This document shows, piece by piece, positions 44,905 through 64,000 of a stretch of 64,000 bases of DNA. The position numbers and the translations under genes were made by a program. Under the pieces are notes generated by a model that was not told the origin of the DNA, did no database searches, and worked only from the letters and a program-made list of their open reading frames with translations. The DNA is from the human T2T-CHM13v2.0 reference genome, Homo sapiens, in the NCBI RefSeq assembly GCF_009914755.1, contig NC_060934.1; one strand, written 5' to 3'. The first letter of the stretch is position 1; every line of letters begins with the position of its first letter.

Positions 44905-45223
<319 letters not shown>

Positions 45224-45224
45224 T

Positions 45225-45725
45225 AACCTTTTATTTTGATATAATTTCAAACTTAGAGAAAATCTGCAGAAAAAAGTACAAAGAACTCCTACATACATTT
45301 TACCCAGATTCACCATTGTTAATGTTTTAGCACGTTACCTTTATCATTTTCCCTTTCTCTCTCTCTGAACCAGTTGACAGTAATCTGTAAATATCACGTT
45401 CCTTTTCTCTCAAATACATGAACGTAAGTACATGCTTGAACATAACCATGAGATGATTACAAAAATCAAGAAACAAATTCAAATTTTGTCAGTTGTCCCA
45501 ATAATGCCTTTTATGGCAAAATTTTCCTTAACTGATGACTCAATCCATAATCACACAATGCATTTAGTGGTTCTGTCCCTTTGGTCTTTTCCATCTGGAA
45601 TCGTTGCTGAGCCTTTCTTTATCTTTTATGACACTGACATTTTTGAAGAGTACAGGCTTGTTATTTTGTAGAAAGTTCCCTTAATTTAGATTCGTTTGAG
45701 GTTCTGTCACGGTTAGATTCAGCTG
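45225..45725 (-). mobile_element. L1MC/ME-type 3' fragment
   Basis: ataatttcaaacttagagaaaatctgca...tacccagattcaccattgttaa...catttttgaagagtacagg. Confidence 0.7.
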
Positions 45726-45870
45726 GTAAAGAATATATGAACAGATTGTTATTATCAAACGTGGTTGTTATCTAAGTACAGAGCTCGGAGCCTTGTTGTA
45801 AGTAGCTACGCTCAGGACCCTAGTCCCCCTCTTCTCTCGCCACACCTAAACTCTAACCCCAAGGGATTGA

Positions 45871-46688
<818 letters not shown>

Positions 46689-47029
46689 TCATTATTCTTC
46701 TTTTCCTCCTTCTCCTCATTTTTCTTCCCTTCCTCTTCCTCCATCTCTTTCTCCTTTTTCTTCTCTTTGCTTTTCCTGATATGTTGACTTCACTTTTTTA
46801 TGCTAGCTTTCTCCAGTAAACTATACCCTTAAGTCCAGACTCTTCTCTTTCCAGATTCACAGCCCAAGAAGAAGACCTCCTTTCTCTATATAGTCCCAAT
46901 TTTGAAAAAAAAAAAAACTTCAGAAAAGACTTTGATAGGCTCTACTTAGTTAACATTCTCACATCAGTGGTCAGAATTTGGGTTCTGTGATTTGAAGCTT
47001 CCCTAGAGCCACAACATTTAGAATGAAAA

Positions 47030-47700
47030 TGCAAATAAAAGCCACAACCAAAACAAAATTAAAAAAAAAACAGAAAATAATAAGTGTTAGCCAGGACACG
47101 GAAAAACTGGAATCTTTGTGCATTGCTGGTAGAAACATAAAACGGTGCAGCCACTTTGGAAAACAGGCTGGTGGTTTCTAAAAAAGTTAAGCATAGAGTT
47201 ACCACGTGACCCAGCAATTTCACCCCTTAGGTATATGCCCAAAAGAAATAAAAGCAAATGTCCACACGACAACTTGTGTGTGAATGTTCATAGCAGCATT
47301 GTTCATAATAGCCAGATGGTGGAAACGACGCAAATATCCATCAGCTGAAGAATCAATAAACAAAATGTGATCTATTCATACAATGGAATATTGTTCGGCC
47401 ATAAAGAGGACTGAACATGATGCTAATTGAAAAACACCAAATGCTAAAGAGCACGTATTGTGTGGTCCCATTTATGTGATATATCCAGAATAGGCAAATC
47501 CATAGAGACAGAAAGTGAGTGATTCCAGGGCCTGTTGGGGGAGGGATGGAGAGTGACTGCTAATTTTATGGGGTTTCCTTTAAAAATGGTGAAAGTGTTC
47601 TAGAATGACACAGTGGTGATGGTCGCACCAACTTGTGAATATACTATAAACCACTTCCAAAAAGTGGATTTTATATTTTGTGATTCATATCTCAAAAACA
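47030..47700 (+). mobile_element. L1MB-like 3' end
   Basis: gtgcagccactttggaaaacag...gacccagcaatttcac...aggcaaatccatagagacagaaagt. Confidence 0.9.
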
Positions 47701-48061
47701 TTAAAAGGAAAAATATAAAAGGAAACAGCTTCCCGGAAATATTAACTTCCCAAAGCAATACTGTGGAAGTTAGAGTATGTGCTAAATCTCAAGTTGACTA
47801 AATGTAACCAATCCAAACGAAGTTACCATTTAATAGACAAAGAGTCCTCAAAATATACCGGAAGTAGTCTCCATCAAGTCTTGAAGAAGAGTCAAATGAC
47901 AAGAATTTGTCATTATCCAACCCTTTTCATCAAAAGGAAACGCTGCACCTAGTAGACATGAGTATTTCTACAAGCAAAAGGTATGCTTCATTGCCCTACA
48001 GAGATGATTCTCCAAATTCTATCATGGCCTGAATGAACCCCCACTAGAATTCTTAAACTCG

Positions 48062-48419
<358 letters not shown>

Positions 48420-48746
48420 CTATTAATTAGGCTTCTGAGGGAAATTCTCACCAAAAGAAGTACTTTGAATGGAAGACAAAACATTTTAAATCATTAAAGA
48501 CTTTCTATTTGCATTTTAAGCTAATAAAAATACATGTTCATGGATACAAAGGTGTCGGTTATTCACCATTTTTCTACTCATAAGCCCTCAGTCACTCCTG
48601 GGTGAACTGAAAAAATTGAGTATATGAGGGCAAATCCCAATACCCAAAGGGAATTTGATTAGGTGAGGCAGCTCTGTATCAGTTACAAAAGGTTTTGACT
48701 CTCCCATTAACAGTGACAAATAAAAAGAGTAGCTTTTTATTTATAA

Positions 48747-48994
<248 letters not shown>

Positions 48995-49399
48995 TGATTA
49001 AGTTGCTTACAATTCCATTACTAGGTCTATGCCGCCTTTTTGCTTAAAAATATTCCCAGAGCTCATTTCCTCCGTTCAGATATAATTATTTAAACTTGAG
49101 TTTAGTGTTTTGACATATACTTCTAAACTGTAACATACTTATTAGCATTTTAGTAACATTTAAGATCTATTAGTAAAGGTTCAAGATATATAAATTATTT
49201 AGTAACTTTGTAAAATGCCTTTATGGTAGCATATGTTAGCTAAGGATGGGCCCTTTGACTTTCCAAAACTGGAAAACAACCATTTTAAAGCTGTAAGATT
49301 TCTGCTTTTTAAGCGATGGAGGCTTGAATTTAGATAGTAATGTAGATTAACCATTTATTGTAAGAGAATCATGTGTCTGTTTTCTTTTCTAAAATTCCT

Positions 49400-49632
49400 A
49401 CCAGCCTGGGCAATGAAGTGGCACCCCATCACTACAAAAAATTATTCTAAAAATTATCTAGGTGTGGTGGCGCACCTGTGGTCCCAGCTACTCGGAAGAC
49501 AGGCAGGAGGGTCGCTGGAGTCCAGGAATTTGAGGCTGCAGTGAGCTCTGACCACATCACCGCACTGCAGCCTCGGAGACAGAGCAAGACCCTGTCTCTA
49601 ACAAATTAAAAATTAAAAATAATAATAAATAA
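49400..49632 (+). mobile_element. 5'-truncated AluJ
   Basis: Partial Alu; aaaattccta flanks. Confidence 0.88.
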
Positions 49633-50051
49633 AATTCCTAATTCTGATAAAAAGATACATAACATGAAATTTACCATCATAACTATTTTTAAGTGTACAA
49701 TTCAATGGTGTTAAGTCATTGTGCCACAAATTGCCCTGGCTTTTTCATGAAGTAAAAATGAAACTTTGTACCCATTAAACAACAACTCCGGTTTCCTCTC
49801 ATCCAGCTGCTGGCAACCACCATTCTACTTTCTGTTTCTATGCGTTTGACTACTCTTAACAGCCTCATGTAAGTAAAATCACAGTATGCGATTTGTGGCT
49901 GACACCTTACTTAATGTTCTCAAAGCTCACCCATGTTGCAGTATGTATATGAATTTTCTTCCTTTTTGAAGCTGAATAATATTTCATTGCATGGATAGAC
50001 CACATTTTGTTTTATCTGTTCATCTGTCAATGGCCATTTGGGTTTTATTCA

Positions 50052-50411
<360 letters not shown>

Positions 50412-51774
50412 TCAACACCCTACTCTCAATTCTTTTGAATATATATGGACATGCGATATTGCTGGTTCTTATGGTAATTGTATTTTTAATTGTGTGAGGA
50501 CCCACCATAGTGTTTTCCATAGTAGCTGCACCATTTTACATTTCCACCAACAATGCACAATATTCCAGTTTCTCCACATCCTTGCCAACACTTATTTTCT
50601 GTTCTTTTGATAGTGTCCTTCCTCATGGGTATGAGGTGGTATCTCACTGTGGTTTTCATTTGTATTTCCGTAATTATTAGTGGTGTTGAGTATCTTTTCA
50701 TTTACTTGGTGACCACTTGTATATTTTCTTTGGAGAAATATCTACTCAAATACTTTGCCTAGTTTTTAATCGTGTTACTGGGTTTTTCATTGTTGAGTTG
50801 TAGGAATTCTTTACATATTCTGGATATTAAACCCTACTTAGATAGATAATTTGCAAATATTTTCTCCCATTCTGTAGGTTGACTTTTCAATCTGTTGATT
50901 GTGTCCTTTGATACACAGGTTTTTTTTTTTTATTTTGATGGATCTAATTCATCTATTTTTTCTTTTGTTGCCTGTGATGTTGATGTCACAGCCAAGAAAT
51001 CATTGTCAAATCTGATGTCATGGATGTTTTTTCCTATGCTTTCTCCAGAGAGTTTTATAATTTTAGCTCTTATAGTAACGTCTTTGATCCATTTTGAGTT
51101 AATTTTTGTGTATGGTGTATGGTAAGGGTCCAACTTCATTATTTTGCATTATTTTGCATACAGATACCCAGTTTCCATACCCAGTTGAAAAAGTTGTCCT
51201 TTCCCTGTTGAATGGTCTTTGCACTCTTCTCAAAAGTCATTTGGCTATATATGCAAGGATTTATTTCTGGTCTCTCTATTCTATTGGTCTATGTGTCTGT
51301 CTTTATGCCAGTATCACATTGTTTTAATTACTGTTGTTTTGTAATAAAATTTGAACTCAGGAATTGTGAGGCCAACAACTATTCTTTTTTCAAGATTGTT
51401 TTGGCTATTTGGGGTCCCTTGACATTCCATATTAATTGTACAATGGACTTTTCTATTTCTGAAAAAAAATATTTGGGATTTTGATAGGGATTACATTAAA
51501 TCTGTAGATCTTTTTGAGTAGTATTGACATCTAAATGCTATTAAGTCTTCCAGTCCAGAACATCAGACATCTTTCCTTTTGTGTTTTTTTTAATTTATTT
51601 CAGCAACACTTTGTAGTTTTCAGTGTGCAAGTCATTCATTTGCCTCTTTGGAGAAGTTTATTCCTGCGTATTTTATTATTTTTGATATGACTGTTTCTAG
51701 AACCATTTTCTTAATTTTCTTTTCAGATTGTTCATTGTTCCTGCATAGAAATACAATGGAATTATACATGCTGA

Positions 51775-52502
<728 letters not shown>

Positions 52503-54069
52503 TTAGGACCTCACTCTTCTGATCTCATTTAACCTCACTTACCTCCTTAAAGGCCCTATCTCCAAAAACAGTCATACTGAGGGCTAGAGCTTCAACATAT
52601 GAATTTAAGAGGACACAATTTAGTTCATAACAGTGGTCATCCTATTCTTGTTCCTGATTTTAGAAGAAAAGATTTCAGTCTTTCACCACTGAGTATGATG
52701 TTGGCTGTGGGCTCTTCAGCTATGGCCTTTATCACGTTGAGGACATTTTCTTCTATCCCTAGTTTGTTGAGTGTTTTCATCATGAGTGTTAATTTTTCCA
52801 AATATTAATACTTTTTCTGCATCAATTGAGATGATTATGTGTTTTTTCTTTTAATCTGTTAATGTGGTTTATTACATTGATGGATTTTCATATGTTGAAA
52901 CCTCCTTGCATTCCAGGAATAAACTTTGCTTGGTCATGGGGTATAATTCTTTTAATATGTTGTTAAGTTCTGTTTGCTAGTATTTTGTTTAGGATGTTTG
53001 CATCAATATTTAGCCATGATCTTAGTTTATAGCTTTCTTTTCTTGTAGTGTCTTTGTTTGCCCTTGGTATCAGGGTATTGAGGACCTCGTGGAATAAGTG
53101 TGGAAGGTTTCCTTCCCGTTCAATTTTTTTTTTGCAGAGTTTGAGGAGAGTTGGTGTTAATTCTTCTTTAACTGTTCGGTTGAATTCACCAGGGAAGACA
53201 TTTGGTCCTGGGCTTTTCTATTTTGGAAGCTTTTTTGATACTGATTCAATCTCTTTATTAAGGTCTGTTCAGATTTTCTATATGTTCATTATTCAGTCTT
53301 GATAGGTTGTGTGTTTCTAGAATGTATCCATTTCATTCAGGTTATTGAAAGTTTTGGCACACAGCTGATCACAGTATTCTCTTAAAAGACTGTCTATTTC
53401 TGTGAAATTGGTTGTAATGTCCCTCTTTCATTTCTGATTTATTTGAGTCTTCTCTTTCTTTTTTTCTTTTTTTTCCTAAGTTAATGTAGATAAAGGTTGG
53501 TCAATTTTGTTGATTTTTTCAGAGAAACGACTCTTGGTTTCATTCATTTTCTCTGTTGTTTTTCTAGTCTCTACTTTGTTTATCTCTGTCCTTTTCTCAT
53601 TATTTCCTTCCTTCGCTAGCTTTGAGGTTAGTTTGTTCTTCTTTTTCTAGATCCATAAGGTGTAAAGTGAACTTGTTGATTTCAGGTCTTTCTCCCTTTC
53701 TGGTGTAAGCATTTACAGCTCTAAATTGCCCTCTTAGCACTGCCTTTACTGCATCCCATAAGCTTTGTTATGTTGTGTTCTCTTTTTCATTTATCTCAAG
53801 ATATTTTCTAATTTCTTTTATGATTTCTTCTTTAACCTATTGGTTGTTTGAGAGTGTATTGTTTAATTTCCATGTATTTGTGGATTTTCCAGCTTTCCTT
53901 CTGTTATTAATTTCTGGTTCCAGTTCACTGTGATTAGAAAAGATATGAGGTATAATTTCAGTCAGTCTTTTCAAATTTATTAACACTTGTTTCGTGGCCT
54001 AGCAGACTTTCTTAATTCTTTGGGAAGATTGCTACTTTTCTCTGTGATTTTGAAATGACTTATGATTGT

Positions 54070-54430
54070 ACAATATTACTTGCTTTGGAAATGTTGGGAT
54101 TTGTTTCTCATTTGAACAAAATCCAGAGCTAAAATTGGAAGGACTGCTAAAATTGGAAGAATCCAGAAGCTCCTCAGCTTGTGGCTTCTCCGCTTTCTAT
54201 GCAGGGGTTCCAAAGTTGTCATGCTCTTCTGTATCAGGCCTGATGCAAAAGGAAAGAGGATGAAGAATTGTCTATGGGAGGTTTCTGTGGGCCAGGCCTG
54301 GAAGTGGTTCTCACCACATTTCATTGGCAGGAATTCAGTCACACAGCTGTACCTAACTCTTCAGGAGGCTAGGAATGTAGTCTAACTGTGAGCCTAGGAA
54401 GAGAAGAAAATGGGTTTCATGAATAGCTGC
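54070..54430 (-). mobile_element. MLT1 (J/K-like) LTR
   Basis: gccaggcctggaagtgg...ttcattggcaggaattcagtcac...ggaggctaggaatgtagtc. Confidence 0.7.
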
Positions 54431-54719
54431 CACATTCTAGAATTCTATCTACAGTCAAACCATCAATCAAATGGACATTTAGAAGAAAGACTTTTTATTT
54501 CCATGTAGTCTCTCTTAGGAAGCTAATTAAAGATGAAATTCAATCAAGCGAAGAAGGAAACCAACAAAGAAAGAAATGCAGGATCTAGAAATAGTGAATC
54601 CAAATCAGGGGACAGTGAATGGCAGGTGCAGGCTCAGAGCTGTTCCGCAGACCTGGGGAACAAGCAGCCCGTGGGGCAGGAACAAGCCAAGTTCCCACAG
54701 GGCAAGTCCTTGACAATAG

Positions 54720-55079
<360 letters not shown>

Positions 55080-55145
55080 AGAAAATGCATTTGAACTTCA
55101 TGACTGGAACTTTCTCCAAAGAATGACATAGATATGTAATATTAA

Positions 55146-55484
<339 letters not shown>

Positions 55485-57360
55485 TACACTTTCACAACCA
55501 TAAGAAGATAGTTCTTCAATTGTTCATTAATCAAGACTCATAATCAGAAACTATGAAAATCAACCCTAACTGATCTGAACAGAAAAAGAATTTCTTGAAA
55601 GGTATCAGTGACTCTGGGAACTACTGGAGGCTCAGAAGTTACCCAGTGGGGCCCACGGCCATAATGAGGCTGTCCAGGGAGAACCCCACTATCGCCACCA
55701 CTGCTAAGCAACAGATGACATAGTTGATGCCGTCCAACCAATCACATTGGACAGTGGGTGTTGTACTGCACCACTGAGTCCCTTCCTCGCCTTTCTCCCA
55801 TCCCTGAACCTGGTTGTCGTTGCCACCACCACCACTGCCCCGGAAATTCTCAGCATCCATGACTGTTTGCATGAGCTGCTCCCAATTTAAAACATACTGA
55901 TGCATAAAATTGGCTCTGCCTAGGTTAAATACCTACCCAATACCAGCAAGGGAAGCTGGGAGGCTTAAGTGTTTGCATTTTCTATTTTCTGTAATAGTAG
56001 AAGAGCTCTGCCTCCCCCAGGACTTATTAGGTGGAAAATGCCTCAAATACATGAAAAATTTCAAATTCTAGATAGCAAAAAAGAAATATTGATTGCACAT
56101 TGATTATCAACTTTTATAATCAATCGACAAATCAAAGTTAACTACAGTTAACTTGATCAGAGTTTAAATATTAGCATTCACAATAAAATGATAAAGATGC
56201 AGCTGATAGAGATGGGAAGAAGAAAAGGATGATAATGATGAGTAGTAACAAAAAAAGAACAAGAGGCAAGATTTTCATCTGCCTAAGTGAGGAATTGAAA
56301 GATACCATCTATAAAATAAAAAATAGAGGGTTGGGTATCATTTTTTAGCTTGGAAATAGAAATTAAGAGAGAGAAATGGAAGATTTTTTTTCTAACTGTA
56401 CTGGAAAGAAAATGGGAGAGGATGCTAATCTTAAGTTACATACTTCACTATGATATAAGGAAGTCAAAATACAATGCCTAACATTTATAAATCAAGAAAT
56501 CACTGTACATGCATATTATTTAGAGCTATGGGAAAAAAATACCAGAAATGGTAGAAGATGGGGGCCAGTAAGGTGTGGAGAAATGGATTCCAGAACTTGC
56601 TTTTCATTTCAAGTTCTTATGTATAAGTTGATTTTTTTAAAGCTCATACAGGCATTATCTTGATTTTTTCATGTAACCTGGGAGATTCTTCAATGGAAAG
56701 ATTCTGTCTCTCCCTCTCATATTCATAGGTTAAAGCCTTATACATTTAGATCACTTATTAATATTTTTCATAAATAGAGAAGTATTTCCCGCAAGAAAAC
56801 CTCACATCTTGATCATATTCTTATTCTAATTCAAGTTTCTGTTTATCTGTTTACTCTAAATATTGTTATCTTGCTTAATCTGAGATGAAATCTTCTTGAT
56901 GACATTCCAGAATTCTGTTCCGGCTTCGGTAATACAGAAGAAAAAAAGCATCCAGAATAGCATTCTGCTGCCTCACCTTTTAAAGTCCTGTATGTATAAA
57001 TGTGTGTGTGCAGATGTGCATACTAGGATATGTGCAACCCATATCTCCACAAGCCACGTCACTTGGAATTACAGAAACTCCAGCCCTCCCCAAATGGCAC
57101 CACTCCCCCATGTCTTATCCTCTTTCATCTACAGCCTGGTACCCACAATATTCCTCCCAGGGTCCAGCTGCCCTGGAATATCCCTCCCCTGAAATGTCAC
57201 CTGGGCCCCCTAATGAGCCAAGGAAATTTTGTAAAACACTCCTTTTATTGTGTTTTTTTATTAGAGTCCCTTCTTCTTAGGGCCCAAGCAAGAATCTCTG
57301 AGAGCCAAGCCAGAGGCAAGGTGATGGAATGAGCACTGGAGTCACGCCCACTTGCCCATC

Positions 57361-57722
57361 GTGTTAGTCAGCGTGGGCGGCTCTAACAGAATATCTAGAC
57401 TGGGTCTACGATAAACAGCAGAAACTTCTTCCTCACAGTTCTGGAGTCCGGAAATCCCAGATCAGGGCAGCAGCATCATTGGGTTCTAGTGAGGGCTCTC
57501 TTCCAGGTTGCACATGGCCGCCTTCTTGCTCTGTCCTCATGTGGCAAAAAGTGCAGAGAGAGCTCTCTGGGTTCCCTTTTATAAGGGCACTACTCCTATT
57601 CATGAGAGCTCTGTCTTCATGACCTAATTGTCTCCCAAAGGCCCCATCTCCTAAGACCATCAATTAGGGGTAAGGACTTCAACATATGAATTTGTGAGGC
57701 ACACAAACATTCAATTCCTAGA
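57361..57722 (-). mobile_element. MLT1A-type MaLR LTR
   Basis: ctcacagttctggag...gtgagggctctcttcc...cttcaacatatgaattt...cacaaacattc. Confidence 0.88.
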
Positions 57723-58378
57723 GCCCATTGTCTTTGACCACCATGTGCCCTTTGACTCTCCCTTCCATTAAGATAACTTTCCTTGTGGATTTCCGGCTCT
57801 CTCGTAAGCTTGCTAAATACCAGGGTAAACACAATTTGTGTGTGTTGTTCAAACGTTGCATAATTCTACACCCTCGTTATAGAGAGATTAAGCTCATTTG
57901 AAGGTTGAGGTCAGTCCCTGGTCTGCTAATTACCCAAGATAGAACTGGGTCACTCAGGAACTAAAAGTACAGGAGAGGGAACTGGGGGTTGGGTCCTGCT
58001 GTGGTGTCTGCAGATAGCCTGTCAAAAGAGTAACCTGGAGGAACACAAGGAGGCTTGAAGCACCGGGTAAGTCTAGCTATGGTACAGGCTCAGTGGCCAA
58101 GGCAAAAAACAGTCCAGATTGGAACTATCACAAATACACATCCACATACAAACACACACCAAGGCCCAGGGCCAAGAAACACATTCCAAAACCCAGGGCA
58201 TCGGAGGCAGTCCAAACTGACTAAGCAAGATGGCACATCAGTAAGTCAAGCTGATAGAACACTGAGATGAAGAGTCAGATATCCAAGTCTAGAAGAGTGT
58301 CTCAAGCCAGGGACAAATCCAACTATCCACATTAAGAAGTCCTGCAAGTCATTAGGGACAGCACTTAAAAAGGAGACA

Positions 58379-58673
58379 AGCTGGGGGCAGTGGCTCACGC
58401 CTGTAATCCCAGCACTTTAGGAGGCCAAGGCGGGTGGATCACCTGAGGTCAGGAGTTCAAGAGCAGCCTGGCCAACGTGGTGAAACCTGTCTGTACTAAA
58501 AATACAAAAAAAACTTAGCTGGATATGGCGGTGTGTGCCTGTAATCCCACCTGCTCAGGAGGCTGAGGCAGGAGAATCACTTGAACCCAGCAGGCGAAGG
58601 CTGCAGTGAGCCGAGATCATGTCACTGCACTCCAGCCTGGGTGACAGACTGAGACTCCATCTCAAAAAAAAAA
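58379..58673 (+). mobile_element. AluS
   Basis: Full Alu. Confidence 0.93.
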
Positions 58674-58702
58674 GAGAGAGACAGTAGACAGACAGTGAGT
58701 AA

Positions 58703-59202
<500 letters not shown>

Positions 59203-59662
59203 TTAATTTTTCATTTGTCCTCCCTTAGAACTTACTAAGTCTTTTTGAAAACGCCATCCTGCACAGATGTGGGAGGGACACTTTGTTTACATTGGGGGTA
59301 CATTGTTACTGGAGAAAGTCCCTGGAGCCAATGGTCATCACAGTGGAGAACCCCAAAGGAAAACCCCAAAAAAGGAGTGTTTCGGGGAGACTGGTCCTAT
59401 TGCCTGCCATACCCCCAACCCCGTAAACCCTCCCCTCTGATCCTTCCCAAGCTAAGAATTTAGGGGTTTTGTGACTTGTGTCATAAACGGGATGTTTCCC
59501 TTACAGTTTTTACAAGAAGTCCAGACTTGAATATATCAAGCAGGAAACAGCTTAGAACAGGTATCTGAGCAGTAACATCGTCAAGATACCATCTAAACTG
59601 AGGGTAGGATCTCGAGGCTAAGATACAAGCTAATTGGGTCATAGTAATGAGTGGGTAGAGTG

Positions 59663-60065
59663 ATGTGGCAGAGACTAGCTATGCATCCATCAGATTTACC
59701 TCCTGTCCTGACCGGGCGCACAGCTACGTCTCATTTCCAGATCCTTTGCAGGCAGGTGTGGTCATGGGACGGAGTTCTGCTCAAAGTGGGCAGAAGTGAT
59801 GTGCACCACTTCCAGTCCACAACCAGGTAAACCTCCCAAAGGCCATCCTCTGTGCTCTTTCCCCTTTCCAGAGCAACTTTGGGAGCCACGTGTGGAAGAT
59901 GGCATGGATGGGATTAGCTTGGGTCTTTGTATCTCTGCTGCTGAACATGATCACCGAGTAGGATCAACCACTTGGACTTTATCTTCATGGGAAATAAAAC
60001 TCTCTCGTGTGGCAGGCAGCTGCTGAGATTTGAGGGGTCAGTTATTGCAACGGCTTGCCTGACTT
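59663..60065 (+). mobile_element. MLT1 (I/J-like) LTR
   Basis: tgtggcagagactagcta...gcagaagtgatgtgcaccacttcc...ctgagatttgagggg. Confidence 0.75.
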
Positions 60066-60597
60066 TACAATTACCTTTATAAATACCAAGAAAACAACCA
60101 AAAGATGCCCAGACAGGTTGGTCTCCGGTCCAGCCTTGCACATCACAAGATTGCTGTCAGCAGCCCCGGCTGAGTCTTCCACTCCGTATCTGCCCTTCAT
60201 CTCACCTTCTATTCATAGCCAAGCTTCTTGAAATAGGAGTCTGCGTGTATTGCTCCACTTCCTCTTCTCCCACTCATTCCTTGCTTCATAGAATCTAGAT
60301 CATACCCCACACCCTACTGAAACTGCGCCTGTGACCTCCCGGCTATCAAATCCAACCTAACACTTTTCAGTCCTTATGGCGTGGCTTTTAATATGCAACA
60401 ACAGACTTCAAAAAATATTACATTTCTACGTTTCCTAAAACATTCATCTGCTTCCGAGCTTCCTGTCCCCCTGGGTAAGGAGGAAATCCCATCTCAGCCA
60501 TTACAGAGGCTTCCGTCCCAGGCCCAGGGCCATGCAAGGTTCAGGAAGGCTTTAGACGGCATGGAACATCGGAGGCTGCTGGGTCTTTGGTGCATGA

Positions 60598-61083
<486 letters not shown>

Positions 61084-61440
61084 ATTTCCCCATTCTCTAA
61101 AACACTCTTCTCTCACTATCTCACTCCCAATTTTGCAATCTCCTTGGATGTCTTTTTTGCCTTTGAGCAATTCAGCATTTTTTTTTTTTTTTTTTTTTTT
61201 TAGGTCCTGGAGGCCAAGGGAATCTTTCTTCTCCAAACTCAAAATCTCTTCTTGGTCTGGGGAAAGGTGAGACTATCTCTCCCAACACATTCACTCATAA
61301 ATTAAAGCCTCAATGGGTTATCTTGGGGCTCTTACCTTGATCTCTCTGAGGCTTGAAACAATGTACCTTCATTGCGCGGCTCCTCTTCTTAGAATTATAT
61401 GAACATTCTCTCTGAGTTCGTTTTCTTTCTTTCTTTCTGG

Positions 61441-61763
<323 letters not shown>

Positions 61764-61929
61764 TCTTTCTGGTTATTCTTTCTTAGGCCTCTTGTTTTTT
61801 TATTCCCAAAGTTATTTTGAACAAATATGTATTCTCCGTGTACATTTTTTAAGTTGATATAAAAAGTAAGCTATGTCTAAATAGCTGCAAAGAATAAATT
61901 TTATAGTATATTATAAGTATCAACATTCT

Positions 61930-62192
61930 GTTTTATTTTATTTCATTTTAGAGACAGGGTCGTGCTGTGTTGCCCAGGCTGGTGTGCAGTGGTGTGACCA
62001 TAGCTCACTACAGCCTCGAACTCTTGAGCTCAAGTGCTCCTCAGCCTCCCAAATAGATGGAACTACAGACATGCACCACCATGCCCAGCTTTTTGTTGTT
62101 GAGTATGGTCTCAAACTCTTGGGCCCAAGCGATCCTCCTGCCTCAGCCTCCCCAAGTGTTGGAATGACAAGCATGAGCCGCTGCGCCTGGCC
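61930..62192 (-). mobile_element. AluJ (internally deleted)
   Basis: Diverged Alu. Confidence 0.88.
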
Positions 62193-62220
62193 AGTACCAA
62201 TATTTAAAATAAAACAATCA

Positions 62221-62523
<303 letters not shown>

Positions 62524-63013
62524 TCATTCTTCAAAATAGATGTAATTAAATCTAAAATACATGGTGGTTTGTTAGTTATAGCCTACTGCATATTTTAAAA
62601 ATGTTTATAATAGTTGGCATTTAATTAATATATAGTTTATTTTTCTCTTTGATATTCTATTTATTTTCCCACAGAATTAAACCCTTATGTAATACGTTTT
62701 ATGCTTTATAGTCTTTTATTAATCACTACCTTTACTTCTCTGAAAATAGGTATAAATTAAAATTGTCTGCGCTTCCCATAGCTACAGGCCTCTAAGTATT
62801 AAAGATTTCCTCAGGATTGTGTTGTTATTACAATGATTATTGGTACACAATTGATTAAATATAAATTTAGTACATAATTATTAAACAAGGCTTCGTCTCA
62901 GTTTTATTGAGGTGTAATTTACATCACCCCCAAATTCACCCATTTTAAGTGTACGTTTTGATGAGTTTGGGCAACTGTGTTCAGTTATGTAACCAAAACC
63001 ACAATCAAAATCA

Positions 63014-63318
<305 letters not shown>

Positions 63319-64000
63319 GCAAGATATAAAACATTTCCTCAACCCCAAATTTTCCTCTTGCCTCTTTGCAAGCAATCCCCTAATACCTAGTTCCAAGCAA
63401 TCACTGATCTGGTTTCTGTCACTTTAGTTTCGCCATAAAAAATTTTTATTGGAAATGTATCATTTAATAGATGAGGCTGGAAATACATATGTCTTTTCCC
63501 TTATAGTTTAGTTATCTGTTGGTAAATACGACCTTTTGCTAGAGTGAAGCAGGATTCAGCATCAATTTTATTCCTATTTTTCATTTTTATAGATGTAAGC
63601 TCTGAGACACTTTATTCACATAGTGGAAGGGAGAGGAAGTTTTTTTTATAGCAATTTCTTTCGATTCTTTGAATTCCTTTTGTGTTTAAGCCAAAAATCA
63701 CAGAGTGAGCTATAAGCACAAGCAATCTATAGGGATTTAACAGCTGACAATTTAATAAGGTCCTACTTCAGCTTTGTTGAATGCAGAGCTGGAGGCCACT
63801 TGGCTGACAGAGGGTCTGTCACCTGGCACTGGAGTCATTTGCTGTCTCAGAACCAATATCAATGTTCCTAATTGCTGCTTTGTTTGGGGCCCCAGAGGTT
63901 TTCCACAGTCCAGCATAATGCAATACGGTGCTACGAAGAGTATTGCCTTTCCCTTGGAAAGTGGAAGAAAGGCAATATTGAACGGATAAGAACAGAGATA

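Noticed and set aside
61178-61420. Possible processed-pseudogene poly(A) tail on -
   Set aside because: No polyadenylation signal, TSD or recognisable mRNA homology.

Overview
Primate, almost certainly human, genomic DNA: about 40 Alus including an AluYa5, plus old L1, L2, MIR, MaLR and DNA-transposon fossils. A single CpG island (~28.25-29.45 kb) is the promoter of a minus-strand gene that I could not name. It appears to have two alternative, probably non-coding, first exons (donors at 29163 and 28882). Positions 1-28.9 kb are its AT-rich 5' intronic region. That region contains a well-defined 87-nt candidate exon (15076-15162) almost entirely filled by a complete 27-codon ORF whose stop overlaps a second ATG at the splice junction. 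Positions 29.5-64 kb are repeat-dense upstream DNA. No protein-coding exon, RNA gene or CRISPR array can be supported; the ORF track is explained by Alu, L1 and GC-rich sequence. The most unusual structures are two local templated duplications of an Alu 3' end plus its flank. One is direct (42041-42137 copied to 44448-44858, later split by the AluYa5) and one is inverted (50262-50479 copied to 48747-48970). Each has a fold-back inverted repeat at its left junction. I see no evidence for a novel multi-gene system. Repeat subfamily calls are by eye and boundaries are approximate.
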